This document shows, piece after piece, positions 28,112 through 42,341 of a stretch of 64,000 nt of DNA. A program made the translations under genes and the position numbers. How positions within the stretch are numbered: the stretch's first letter is position 1; each line of letters starts with the position of its first letter. The notes beneath the pieces are model-generated. The model was not told where the DNA came from, did no database searches, and saw only the letters and a list, made by a program, of their open reading frames with translations. The stretch is from the human T2T-CHM13v2.0 reference genome, Homo sapiens, in assembly GCF_009914755.1 (NCBI RefSeq), contig NC_060928.1. One strand, written 5' to 3'.

Positions 28112-28159
28112 GTGAAGCTTCTGCAGTGGAGACTACAGTCTCCACTGCAGAAGCTTCAC
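28112..28159. repeat. Perfect inverted repeat, 23-bp arms, 2-nt spacer
   Basis: gtgaagcttctgcagtggagact-AC-agtctccactgcagaagcttcac, checked base by base. Confidence 0.98.
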
Positions 28160-28904
28160 ATTGGTTCCATTACTGTTAACGGGATTCGTGAGTGTTTTTC
28201 CATACAAATTATTTGAACAGTTTACCCCACAGAGTCTTGCACACTGTGGAAACAGGAGATCACTGGTAAAGCAGAATCTGGAAATGAAAGTTAACATGAA
28301 GAAATCCATATTTTGATAGGAAAGCAACTTGGGGACAAAATAGCATTCTGAGCTGCAGAAATGTGGATAATCAAATGGATCTTTGATCTCTTAAATATCT
28401 TGGGCTTGATCATTATCAGATAGTCTTTGATATTGCCCACCAGAATGAGATATTAGCCCCATAAAAACAAAACAAAGCAAAGCATAGCAAAACAAACAAA
28501 CATAAAACACAGAGTAGTATAGAATGCTGTTCTTGGCATGCAGGCGGAAGTAAGAACTAGATGTTTGCTACTTTTATGAAAATTTAAACTGAGAGGTATA
28601 ACCAAAATAATTTTTTAATACAAATTTGTTAAAAATCAAGAAGTAAAAAGAAAACAGCAAGAAAAAATGACTCCAAATGTCAATTTTAGGTTGTTTTAAA
28701 TTTTTTATAAAATAATTGATCCTTTAGTCAAGCATCAAAAAAATTCTACGTATTGACTGTATTAATATTTAATTTCAAAACACTTTTATTTAAACATTGG
28801 ACTCTTTTTGGAGATTATCGAATGTTTTCTTTTCATTCCTTATATTTCTATTCAGTTAAAGCACCCATACATCTCCTGAATTATTTTTGGTAAATAATGT
28901 TATT

Positions 28905-29365
28905 TGTACTGGGTTGAATAGCATCTTCCCAAAATTCATGTTCACCTGGAACGTGTAAACATGATCTAATTTGGAAATAGGATCTTTGCAGTTGTAATCA
29001 TGTTAAAATGAAGTTATACTGAATTCGGGTGGGTCTCAAATCCAATATGATGGGTGTTCTTACAAGAAAAGAAAAATCTGGATACAGTGACACAGGCACA
29101 TGAAGAGGAGAACAACGTATTGTGACAGAGGCCGATGAGAATGATGCATGTATAAGGCAAGGAACACCAAGAATTACTGGCAACCACCTGAACGAGGAGA
29201 AAGGCACAGAACAGATTTTCTCTGAAAGCAGTCAAAAAGAAACCAATCCTGCAGACACTTGATTTTAGACTTTTAGCCTCCAGAACTATGAGGGAGTAAA
29301 TTTCTGTTGTTTTGAGCTACTCAGTTTTTGGTACTTTATTATGAGAGCTCTAGGAAAATAATAAC
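28905..29365 (+). mobile_element. MLT1C-like MaLR solo LTR
   Basis: tgtactgggttgaatagc...ggaaataggatctttgcag...gacacttgattttagacttttagcctccagaactatgag...aaatttctgttgttt. Confidence 0.85.
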
Positions 29366-31601
29366 ATACAATAAATACAGTTGTATTTTGCAACTTATTG
29401 GGAAAAGTTTCCGCTTTCTATCATTTTATTCTTATTAAAAACTTTTCTTTTCAATTTTGCCTGCTGACTCTACTTTTGTTTTTGTTGAGTTGGATTTCAA
29501 TATAATTCCTACTCTGAAAGTAGGAAGAGAAATCAGTGCCAGTTCTTCAAGGACCATTACAAGAGTAGAGTGAAACACACAAATTAAGCCAGAAATTAAG
29601 AAGAAAAATACAAAAAGAAGTACGAACCCACAACCTGGGAATCAGGCTCAGAAGGGAATAGATGCTGTTGTGAAAGCACCACACACCTTACTTAGTCTTG
29701 CTGTCTGGACCTTCCTCTGCCTCTCAGTCTTCAGCACTAAGCATAAGTATTACCACCTTTTTACCATGAGACCAAGGGACCAGTTCTATATTTTACATTT
29801 CTAATTCATGTAATAATGTGGAAATAAGAATAAGGAATGGTAAAACAACTTTACTTAAAAATTTCATAACTATTTAAACAGAGCAAGTCCACATTTTTAT
29901 TTCATGTTTTCTGGCTTTTGAAGATATATTAGTCTGAAATGAACCCTGTTCTCTGAATGAAACTAATAGCTGTCAGTTGTCATGTCTGTACTTGGAACAC
30001 ATTCATCTTCTAAATACTGGTTTCAGATTTTAAATATATCTTAGGTAGATCCTAGTTTATCATCATAACTGGTTCTTCTTGCACTTGCATGACCAAAATG
30101 CATTACTTGACAAAACTTTTGAAATACTAACATCTTATAATTTTGTTGAAGATGACCATCTTCTGTGTTCCCTAATTACAGAACATTTTTATTTCTAGGT
30201 TTATAAACACAAATTATGATGATTAATTTAATTTGATTTTCATTTGACATCACTTATTTCCCTCTAGTTACTTATGTGTACCCATATACTTTCAGCATCT
30301 GTCTACTTAGGAACCTTACGATTGCAAAAGATGAAAGGATATGGTCACATGTTTTTTTAGCCAAACAGTATAGTCCAAGTTCCTGTCTTTAACTATTACA
30401 TTACAAAGTTCTTTGTTAAATGACTAAGTGAATAAGAATACTAGATTTATTTCTCTTTTGTTCTTAAAATATTGTTCATCTGTCAATCTTGAATTTGAGG
30501 CAATTCATATAGGATATTGTCATCTGAAGACACATAGTCTGAGATTTCACTTATACCATCAATTTCATTATCATCATTCTAGTCTAGAACGCTGCAGTTC
30601 ATCACTTTGTATTCATCTTCTGATTTACCTAATAAACGTGAATCATTATCTTCTGACAATTTTCTTCTCTTTGTCAGTATGACGAGAAAACAAAATTTCT
30701 GCATTCTCAACTGTCTTCAATGAAACCTTAAAGCAGTCTACAAAGATTGTATCTCCAGCCTCCTTTCATCATTCTTTTTAGAAGTTAATGATGTAAAATT
30801 TTGGTCAACTCAGTGTGAAAATTGAAAGATGATGCAATAGTAATGATTTACTTCAATGTTGCATCATCATTTTTAGGTGATTCCAACATTTTTCTGTCTT
30901 ATTATTTAGTCTTTCTTAGCATTGCTGGGAATAATCAATGATAATTGATGAAACAATTCTTAGAATGATGAAATAGCAAATTGTTTCAAGATACAAAGTA
31001 TCTTAGATTTATAAAAAGTTTCAATTCACTTATATTGTAATTGTGAGATAGAATGGATTTTATTCAATTAAAAAATAAGTAAATTTAATTTTGTTCATTG
31101 ATAGACCTTTAATAAAAATTAAAAGAATAGATGTCATGAAATATCAATCCTTATAAATTGTTAGTCATTCTCATCAAGGAAAATAAAAAACTAAAATTGA
31201 GTCCAGAGGACTCTGATGATATACCAAGGATTAAGTGAGTGAAGATAAGGGGCCACTAGATACATGTTTCAATAGATGGTGAAAAAGGGGTTAAACATAT
31301 TTTCCTTAGGAATGTTCACTTAGATATTCCAGACAAAAAAGAATCCCCCATGATATGTTCTTTCAAAAATTATTTTTCTTCTTCTTCTTATTTTTTATTT
31401 CAATAGTTTTTTGGGAACAGGTGATTTTTGGTTACATGGATAAATTCTTTTGTGGTAATTTCTGAGATTTTGCTGCACCCATCACCTGAGCAGTGTACAC
31501 TGTACCCAATGTGTAGTCTTTTATCCCTCACCCCCTCCCACCCTTCGCCCTGAGTCCCCAAAGTCCATTATATCCTTCTTATGCCTTTGTATCCTCATAG
31601 C

Positions 31602-34600
31602 TTAGCTCCCACTTATATGTGAGAACAAACGATATTTGCTTTTCCATTCCTGGGTTACTTCACTTAGAATGATAGTCCCCAGCACCATCCAGGTTGCTGC
31701 AAATGACATTATTTTGTTTCTTTTTATGACTGAGTAGCATTCCATTGTGTATATATACCACATTTTCTTTATCCACTTGTTGGTTGATGGGCATTTACGC
31801 TGATTCCATATTTTTGCAATAGTGAATTGTGTTGTTACAAACGTGTGTGTAAGTGTCTTTTTCATATAATGACTTCCTTTCCTCTGGGTAGATACCCAGT
31901 AGTGGGATTGCTGGATCAAATGGTGGTTCTACTTTTAATTCTTTCAGGAATCTCCACACTCTTTTCTATAGTGGTTGTATTAGTTTACATTTCCCACCAG
32001 TGGTGTAAAAGTGATCTCTTTTTCTTTCTTTCTTTTTTTTTTTAAAGATAGAGTCTTGCTCTGTCGCCCAGGCTGGAGTGCAGTGATACCATCTTGGGTC
32101 ACTGCAACCTGTGCCTCCCAGGTACAAGCAATTCTTGTGCCTCAGCCTCCTGAGAAGCTGGAATTACAGGCATGCGCCACCGTGCCTGGCTGTGTTGTAT
32201 TTTTTTGTAGAGATGGGGTTTCACCATGTTGGCCAGTCTGGTCTCAAACTCCTGGACTCAAGTGATCCATCTGCCTTGGCCTCCCAAAATAGTGGGATTA
32301 CAGGTGTGAGCCACTGAGCCTGGCCTAAAGTGTTCCCTTTTCACCACATCCATGCCAACATCTATTATTTTTTTGATTTTTAAATTATGGCCATTCTTTC
32401 AGGAGTAAGGTGGTATTGCACTGTGGTTTTGATTTGCATTTCTCTAATAATTAGTGATGCTGAGCATTTTTTCACATATTTGTTAGCCATTTGTATGTCT
32501 TGTTTTGAGAATTTATTCACGTCCTTTACCCAGTTTTAGATGAAATTATTTGTTTTGTTCTTGCTGATTTGTTTGTGTTCCTTGTAGGTTCTGGATATTA
32601 GTCCTTTGTCAGATGCAGAGTTTACAGATATTTTCTCCCATTCTGTGGGTTGTCTGTTCACTCTGCTGATTATTTCTTTGGCTGTGCAGAAGCTTTTCAG
32701 CTAATTAGGTTCCAGCAATTTGTTTTTGTTTTTGTTGCATTTGCTTTTGGGCTCTTGGTCATGAACTCTTCCTAACCCAACATCTAGAAGAGTTTTTCTG
32801 ATGTTATCTTCTAGAACTTTTATTGTTTCAGGTTGTAGATTTAGGTATTTGATCCATATTGAGTTGATTTTTGTATAAAATGAGAGATGACAATCCAGTT
32901 TCATTATTCTACATGTGGCTTGCCAATTATCTCAGCACCATTTGTTGAATAGGGTGTCCTTTTCCCACTTCATGTTTTTGTTTGCTTTGTTAAACATCGG
33001 TTGACGGTAAGTATTTGGCTTTATTTCTGGATTCTCAATTCTGTTCCCTTGGTTGATGTGCCTATTTTTATACCAGTACCATGATGTTTTGGTAATAATA
33101 GCCTTGTAGTATAGTTTGAAGTTGGGTAATGTGATCCCCCCAGATTTCTTTTTTCTTAGTCTTTCTTTGCTTATGTGGGCTGTTTTTTTGGTGTCATATG
33201 AATTTTAGGATTTTTTTCTAGTTCTTTGAAGAATGATGATGGTACTTTGATGGGAATTGCATCGAATCTGTAGATTGTTTTTGGCACTATGGTCATTTTC
33301 ACAATATTAATTCTACTCATCCATGAGCATGGGATGTGTTTCCATTTGTTTGTGTCATTGATGATTTCTTTCAGCAGTGTTTCATGGTTTTCCTTGTAGA
33401 GATCTCTCACCTCCATGGTTAGGTATATTCCTAAATATTTTTATTTTTGCAGCTGTTGTACAGGGATTGAGTTCTTGATTTGTTTCTCAGCTTGGTTGTT
33501 GGTGTATAGCAGTGCTACAGTATGTGTACATTGGTTTTGTATTCTGAAACTTTACTGAATTATCAGATGTAGGAGTTTTTTGGATGACTCTTTAGGGTTT
33601 TCTAGGTATACAATCATATCATTGGCAAACAGAGTTTGACTTCTTTTCTACCAGTTTGGATGCCCTTTATTTATTTCTCTTGTCTGATTGCTCTGGCTAG
33701 GACTTCCAGTACTATGTTGAATAAAAGTGGTGAAAGTGGGCATCCTTGTTTTGTTCCACTTCTCAGGGAGAATGCTTTTAATTTTTCCCTGTTCAGTATA
33801 ATATTGGCTGTGGGTTTGTCATAGATGGCTTTTGTTACCTTAAAGTATATTTCTTCTATGCCATTTTTGCTGAGGGTTTTAATCATAAAGGGATGCTGGA
33901 TTTTGTCAAATGCTTTTTCTGTGTCTATTGAGATGATTATGTGATTTTTGTTTTTAATTCTGTTTATGTGGTATATCACATTTACTGATTTGTGTAAACC
34001 ATCCCTGCATGTCTGGTATGAAATCCTCTTGATCATGGTGTATTATCTTTTTGATATGCTGTTGGATTTGGTTAGCTAGTATTTTGTTAAGGATTTTAGC
34101 ATCTATGTTCATCAGGGATGTTGGTCTGTAGTTTTCTTTTTATTTTGTTGTTATGTCCCTTCCTGGTTTTGGTATTAGGATAATACTGGCTTCATACAAC
34201 AATTTAGGGAGAATTCCCTATTTCTATATATTTTGGAATAGTTTCAGTAAGATTGGTACTAATTCTTTGAACATATGATAGAATTTAGCTGTGAATCCAT
34301 CTGGTCCTGAACTTTTTTTTTCTTGGCAATTTTTTAAATTGCTGTTTCAACCTTGCTATTTGTTATTGGTCTGTTCAAAGTTTCTGTTTCTTCCTGATTT
34401 AATCTAGGAGGGTTTTATATTTCCAGGAATTTATTTATCTCCTCTAGGTTTTCTAGTTTGTGTGCATAAAGGTGTTCATAGTAGACTTGAACAATCTTTT
34501 GTATTTCTGTGGTGTCGGTCATAATATCTCCTGTTTTGTTTCTAATTGAGCCCATTTAGATATTTTCTCTTCTTTTCTTGGTTAGTCCCATATGGTCTAT

Positions 34601-35665
34601 CAATTTTGTTGATTATTTCAAATAACCAGGTTTTTACTTCATTTATTTTTTGTATTTTTTTGGTTTCAATTTTATTTATTTGTGCTCTGATCTTTGTTTC
34701 TTTTCTTCTGTTGGGTTTTGGTTTGGTTTGTTTCTCTAGTCCCTTGAGGTATGACCTTAGATGTCTCTTTGTGCTCTTTCAGACTTTTTGGTATAAGCAT
34801 TTGATGCTATAAACTTTCCTCTTAGCACTGCTTTTGCTGTATCCTAGAGGTTTTGATAGCTTGTGTCAATATTATTGTTCAGCACAATTTTTTTTAATCT
34901 CCATCTCGATTTCACTGTTGACCCAAAGATCAGTTGGGAGCAGATTATTTAACTTCCATTTATTAGTATAGTTTTGAGGGTTCCTTTGGGGTCAATTTCC
35001 AGTTTTATTCCACTGTGGTCTGAGAGGACACTTGATATAATTTCAGTTTTATTAAATTTGTTCAGACTTGTTGTGTAACCTATCATATGGTCTACCTTGG
35101 AGAATGTTCTATGTGCTGAAGAAAAGACTGTATATTCTTCAGTTGTTTGCTAGAGTATTCTGTAAACATCTGTTAAGTCCATTTGTTCTAGGGTATAGTT
35201 TAAGTCCATTGTTTCTTTGTTGACTTTCTGTCTTAATGTTCTGTCTAGTGCTGTCAGTAAAATACTGAAGTTCCTCACTATTGTTGTTGTCATCTGTGTC
35301 ATTTCTTAATTGTTTCATAAATTTGGGAGCTCCAGTGTTAGGTGTATACTTATTTAGGATTGTGATATTTTCTTGTTTGACTAATCCTTTTATCATTATG
35401 TAATGTCCCTCTTTGTCTTTTTTGCTGTTTTTGTCTGTTTTGAAGTCTGTTATTGTCTGATATAAGAATAGCTACTACTGGTTGCTTTTGGTTTCCATTT
35501 GTGTGGAATATCTTTTTCCACCCCTTTATCTTAAGCTTACGTGAGTCCTTATGTGTTAGGTGGGTCTCTTGAAGCTATTAGACACTAGGTTGGTGGATTT
35601 TTATCCATTCTGTCATTTACATTCAAACTTAGTATTGAGATGTGAGGTACTCGTCTATTCATCAT
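31602..35665 (-). pseudogene. L1PB ORF2p remnant
   Basis: [59 protein letters not shown]; disrupted and split by an Alu. Confidence 0.9.
32022..32325 (-). mobile_element. Alu (Jb/Sz-like) inserted in L1PB
   Basis: Dimer; TSD aaagtgatctcttt / aaagtgttcccttt. Confidence 0.93.
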
Positions 35666-38600
35666 GCTAGTTGTTGTCTTGATACCTTGTTTTATTGTGT
35701 GTATATGTGTGTGTTATTGTTCTATAGGTGAGATTTATGCTTTAAGGAGGTTCTATTTTAATGTATTCTGAGGTGTTGTTTCAAGATTTAGAACTCCCTT
35801 TAGCATTTATTGTAGTGCTGGCTTAGTAGTGCAAATTCTCAGCATTTGTTTGTCTGAAAAAGACTCTCTTTCATTTATGAAGCTTAGTTTTTCTGGATAC
35901 AAAATTATTGACTGACAATTATTTTGTTTCAGGAGGCTAACGATGAGGCCCTGATTCCTTCTCACTTCTAAGGTTTCTGCTGAGAAATCTACTGTTAATC
36001 TGATAGGCTTTCCTTTAGAGGTCATCTGATGCTTTTGCCTTGCAAGTCTTAAGATTATTTCCTTCATCTTGACTTTACATAATCTGATGACTGTGTACCT
36101 GGGTGATAATCTTTTTTTGATGAATTTCTCAGGTGCTCTTTGAGGTTCTTGTATTTGGATGTCTAGACCTCTAGCAAGGCCAGGGAAATTTTCCTCAATT
36201 ACTTCATCAAATAAGTTTTTTAAACTTTTAGATTTCTCTTCTACCTTGGGAACACCAATTATTCTTAAGTTTGGCTGTTTAACATAGTGCCAAATTTTTT
36301 GAAGGCTGTGTTCATTTTTTTGACTCTTTTTTCTTTATCTTTGTCTGACTGGGTTCATTTGAAAGCCTTGTCTTCGAGCTCTGAGGTTCTTTCTTCTACT
36401 TGTTCTAGTCTATTGTTGAAACTTTCCACTGCATTTTGTATTTCTCTAAGTGTGTCTTTCATTTCCAGAAGTTGTGATTGCTTTTTCTTTATGATATCTA
36501 TTCCTCTGGAGTGTTTTTCATTCATATCCTGTATTGTTTTTTAAATTTGTTTAAGTTGTTTTCCACCATTCTCTAGTATCTCCTTGAATAGCTTAATAAT
36601 TGACCTTCCGAATTCTTTACGTGGCAATTCAGAGATTTCTTCTTAGTTTGGATCCATTGCTAGGGAGCTGGTGTGATCTTTGGGGTGTGTTATAGAACCC
36701 TGTTTTGTCATGTTACCAGAATTGCTTTTCTGGTTCCTTCTTATCTATGTAGGCTATTTCAGTAGAGAGGTCTGAAACTCAAGGCCTGCTGTACAAATTC
36801 TCATGTCCCATAAGGTGATCCCTTGATGTGCTCTTCCCCTTCCCCTAGGAATGTGACGTCGTGCAAGCCAGACTGCAGTAATTGTTATTGCTCTTTCGGG
36901 TCCAGCCACCCAGCAGGGCTACCAGGCTCTGGGCTGGTGCTAAGGAATGTCTGCAAAGAGTCCTGTGATGTTATCCGTCTTCAGGTCTCCCAGCTGTGGA
37001 TACCAGCATCTGCTCTGGTGGAGGTGGCAAAGGAATGGTGTAGACTCTGTAAGAGTCTTTAGTTATAGTTTTGTTTGGTGTGCTGGTTATGCTAACAGTG
37101 ATATTGTTGTGTGGACAGACTCAGGACCTCTGGTTAGCCAGTATGTTGAAGGTGGTGTGATTAGATGTTATTTTCTTTTTCCTGGGATCAGTATTATTCT
37201 GTCGTGAGTTGCTGTAATGGCCTGAGTTCATTGGCCTCCAGTGGCACTGTCGTGAGTGCACCAGCTGTAGTAGTAGTAGTAGAAGGATCTAAGCTTGCCT
37301 TAAATTGGCCAGGATAAGTATTTTGTTTTCTCAGGTGATGGGCAGGGCCATAAAGCTCCCAAAAATTTCTGTCTTTTTTGTTCAGCTACAAGAATGGGTA
37401 GAGAAATACCATCAGGTGGGGGCAGGGTTAGGGAGGTCCGGGCTCACGCTTTCCTTTGGCAGGGCTTGCTGTGGCCACTGGGCTGGGCGGTGGTTCTCAG
37501 GCCAATGGGATCAGTTCCAGAGGGGATCTTTGCTGCCTCTCCTATGTCATATAGTTTGCCATGGTAGTAGAGGATAGCTGGTAGTGAGAGGTTTCAACAC
37601 AGTTGGTGGGGCTGGTCTCTCCTTCAGTGCCCCTACTCAGACCTTGCCCCAGGCCATGAGCTTCCCTGCTGAGAAAGCAAGCGTGGCTTTTAGACATCAC
37701 CTTCCCCTATCTGCCTACTCTACTGGTGGCTCCTGCGTGCTTGATCTCATATCTGCAGCAGCTCCTGCTCATTCCCCGCACTCCACTCAAGAAAATTTGT
37801 GCCCAGTCAAAACTACTACCAATTTCAATCAGAAGCTTCCTTTGCCCTGCAATTTCTTTCCAATTCAACTGGCTGCCTTCCCCATGGGCCCTTGTGAGTT
37901 GTAGTCAGGAATGGCTTCCCTGGGTTTGAGCTGGAGACTGGGAGTCCCTGAAAGCACTTCCTGCTGCTACTTCTACTTTTATATTTCATGCCACTCCCTA
38001 AATTCATTTCAGCTCTATGTAAGTTTAAATCATTCTTTTGTGATCTAGACTTTCAGATTCCCCAGTGGGGCTGTGTGTTCAGAGGCATGTTTCCCCCAAT
38101 CACAGTTTGAGAACTCATGGTTTTTCACCTGTTTTGCAGAATTTGCAGTGGCACACTGCTTCTTTCAAAAGATCTGTGAATTCTTTTGTTTTTCCTGGTA
38201 TGTTCTTGCAATGATTTTTGAAGCAAAAGATCATGGTGTGAGTCTCCACGTGCTTTTCTGTTCATCTAAGTGGGAGCTGCATGTTAGCTCTGTCTCTTAT
38301 CCCCCATCTTGTTCTCCAGGAAATATTCTTATATCATCATGTACTTCTTAGTAGCAGCAATCACAATTATTATTATTTATTTTGCTAATACCTCTATACT
38401 CTATTAATTTGCAAACTTTATGAGGGTAAAAATTTTATCATGGGTTCAGGCTGATATTCTCAAATTCCTATTGCAGAACTTGGCTCATAGACATTCTTCA
38501 GTACTGTTGGTAAATAAAAGGAAAAACTCTACAGGTCATTTTATTCACCTATCTGAACAAGAGGTCACAGTGTCACTTTATGCTTAGCAACTTCAGGAAA

Positions 38601-38679
38601 AGAAATCTTATTCTTTTTTTCTTTCCCCACAATGATCCTTTGTATTTAAGAGAGCTCAGACTGTTATAAATTTAGGCAG

Positions 38680-38910
38680 CATATCTCTGGAGATCTGGAT
38701 CCAGACTATTGTGCTTAAATCTTCACTGGTTTAACTTTGGGCAAACTATGTAACTTCTATATGTCTCAGGTTCCTCAACTTTAAATAGGAGATAATATTA
38801 GTGTCTTCTCCTGGCATCACTGTTAGGATTAAATGACTTATTATATAGCACTTTTGACATTGTCTGGCACACAACAGGCCTCTTATAAGCATTTACTGCT
38901 ATTATTATTA
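38680..38910 (+). mobile_element. MIR
   Basis: actttgggcaaactatgtaacttctatatgtctcaggttcctcaactttaaataggagataata...ggattaaatga. Confidence 0.75.
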
Positions 38911-38949
38911 TTACCATCATTAAGATGATTATTACTATGTTGACCTGAA

Positions 38950-40200
38950 ATCTGACCAGCGAGTACTCTTAACTATTGATTTCCACTCTATTCCTAAAGC
39001 CTCCCAAAATCTCTCCCACATGACAGTCATTCAACTACATAACGTTGGCTAATTCTTCTCTTCTTTAGGCTGAATATTCGCTTTGCTTCAGGATTCTTCA
39101 TAACGTTAGTCTTTTTCCCTCTTCTTGTTACTTTGATCACCTGAGTCTGACTTCTTGATCATAATTTTCCTGGCTTCTTCTGAAAATCCAACATCTAACA
39201 TTGAAGTCAGTACCCCAGGGATGGTTTAACCATTCTAGGATAGGGTATTGCTTCATTTGACCTGAATGGTTTTTGTCCATCACCAAAGCTTGGGATTCTA
39301 TTATCAGTTATAGCAGACTCATTCCATTGTTGAGTTTTACTAGAGTTATAGTTATATAAAATCCTTGCATTTTTCCATCATGTATGTCTTATAAGATATA
39401 TATTCTACATTCTAAGGTCTTATATTTTTATTTTAAGCAGATTATTTTATAGCTAATAATAAAAAATTATGTATGTTAGTGTGCTTAACATTTTGTTTTC
39501 TCACATAGATCATCTATTTAGATATCAAACAAACTTGTGTGGTAGAAGTTATCCTAATTAATATTTTATAGATGAAGGAACTGGGATAAAGAAAGGTCAG
39601 CAAATTATCCAGGATAACATAACCAAGCAGTGGCAGAATGGATACTATTAACTGAATAATCTTATTTCTTTAATCTATGACCCATTCTCTTTCAATAAAC
39701 AGTTATTATAATAATTATTATAATTCATGTTTATAGAATTATATACTAAATACTACACCACCATGTACAATACATATTAGAATCATATACTAGATTTACT
39801 ATCCTTTTCAGCTTTATCCAAATATTTGATCAACTTGCCACTAATCTCCTCATCTTATATATTATCAAAATGTTGAACTAGTTAGTACAGGGTTAATGAG
39901 AACTGTTGAACTGACATCCTTTAAAATATCTCCTTCCAAAGGGGCATGTGCCCATTAACTTTTGGCCTTTGTAATAACCACCAAAGAAGTTCGCTTCTTC
40001 AATGTCCTATTCTCTAGTTCCATGTCTCCATTTTGCCTACAGGAATATTTTGTGAAACTTTGTTAAATATCTATTGAAATCCAGATGCACTATGTTATAA
40101 GAATTTTTCTGACCTTTGAGAATGGCAAGCTAACAAATAAGATAAAATAAAATAAATCAAACACGTCTGTTCTTACTGAGCCTAAGCTAGCCACCTTCTT
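38950..40200 (-). mobile_element. CR1/L3 remnant (with an embedded minus-strand MIR at about 39470-39650)
   Basis: Reverse of about 40050-40095 reads atagtgcatctggatttcaatagatatttaacaaagtt, the CR1 RT (V)YLDFSKAFDKV region with a frameshift. Confidence 0.6.
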
Positions 40201-40239
40201 ATAATTAAATGTTACATTTTTAGCCTTCAAATTTTTTTG

Positions 40240-40543
<304 letters not shown>

Positions 40544-41150
40544 CAAAAATATTTTTAATGGCCATATCTAGAATAATTCCTGGTATTAACTTAAACTTCA
40601 TCAGTTTATAATGTGCAAATCCACCTTCTTTTTTCTGAACAATCTAAATCTAATTTGTTTGTCTCTAGTAAGCCAGTTCCTCTCTTGTTCTCTGACTATT
40701 CAAATCTTAAAGGGTTTTATGTGAATAATCCTAAATAACCCCCAGATATAAAAAATCAGCCAGGCCAGAAGCTATAGACACATTTAGACCTGTGACTTAA
40801 AGTCCTTTCGAAAAGCATTGGCATTTTGAAAATGGTTTTCACCCTAAGATTATTCCATCTGCTAGAGGAATCAGGAGGATAATATAAACTGAACATTTCT
40901 ATAACAAAAAAAATGAGTGTCTAATTTTTGTTAGAGATTGTCTTATTTAGACAAATAAGACTTGGTTCCTGATCTCTAGAAGTTCCCAACCTATGGAAGT
41001 ACATCCTAATATTTGGTTAGTATTTTGCATTGTATTACACATCTTAGCATGTACTTTCTCAATTAATTGTGCTTCCTTTTGTCACTATTTTGTCATTTCC
41101 TTTTTTGGGCATTACTTCTTCCTTATATTTTTTTCATACTCAGAACATAG

Positions 41151-41660
<510 letters not shown>

Positions 41661-41685
41661 TACGGAAAGCTTATTTCTAACAGTC

Positions 41686-42341
41686 TGTGTTAGTTTTTTA
41701 TTCTTGCTGTAATGAATTACTACAAACATCATGGCTTAAAGGAACACAGTTTATCACCTCATATTCTGCAGTTTAGAAGTCCCACATGGGTTCTCACTGG
41801 GCTTATATCAGGGTATAAGCAGGCCTACTTTCTTTTCCTTGTTTTTTGTTTTCTTCCTTTTTTGTAGAGATAGGGGCTCACCATGTTGCCCAGGCTGCTC
41901 TCGAACTCCTGGCCTCAAGTGATCTTCCTGCCTTGGCCTCCCAAAGTGCTGGGATTACAGGCGTGATCCACCAAGCCTGGCCCCTACTTCCTTTCTGAGG
42001 TACTAGGAGAGAATCCTTCTTTTGTCTAGCTTCTTGAGGCTGTCCACATTCCTTGGATCCCTTATTCCATCTTCAAAGCCAACAAGGCGAGTTGACTACT
42101 ATTCACATCACATCTTTTTGATCTTTATTCTTTGGTCACATATCACTGTGATCACAGCTGGGATATTCTCAGCTTGTAAGGATTCATGTGATTGGATTGG
42201 GTCCACCTTCATAGTACAGGTAATATCCTTATCTCACCTTAATCACACCTGCAATGTTCCTCTTGCCATGTAAGGTTAACATTATCACAGCTTCTAGGAT
42301 TAGGGAATGGACATATTTAGAAGCCATTATTCTGACTAGCA
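41686..42341 (-). mobile_element. MLT1D-like LTR, split by a FLAM
   Basis: tgtgttagttt...gctgtaatgaattactacaaac...ggattagggaatggacatattt...gccattattctg. Confidence 0.8.
41836..41982 (-). mobile_element. FLAM_C / free left Alu monomer
   Basis: Monomer with its own tail; TSD cctactt(t/c)cttt. Confidence 0.85.

Larger units (their letters stand above)
31363..38315 (-). mobile_element. Full-length LINE-1, L1PB1/2-like with L1PBa-type 5'UTR
   Basis: L1PB 3'UTR at about 31400; ORF2 and ORF1 fragments on the minus strand; 5' end caagatgg at about 38304-38311; degenerate TSD ccatgatatgttctt / ccaggaaatattctt. Confidence 0.92.

Noticed and set aside
30965-31220. Box C (ATGATGA) suggesting a C/D snoRNA
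   Set aside because: No box D (CTGA) or terminal stem at snoRNA distance.
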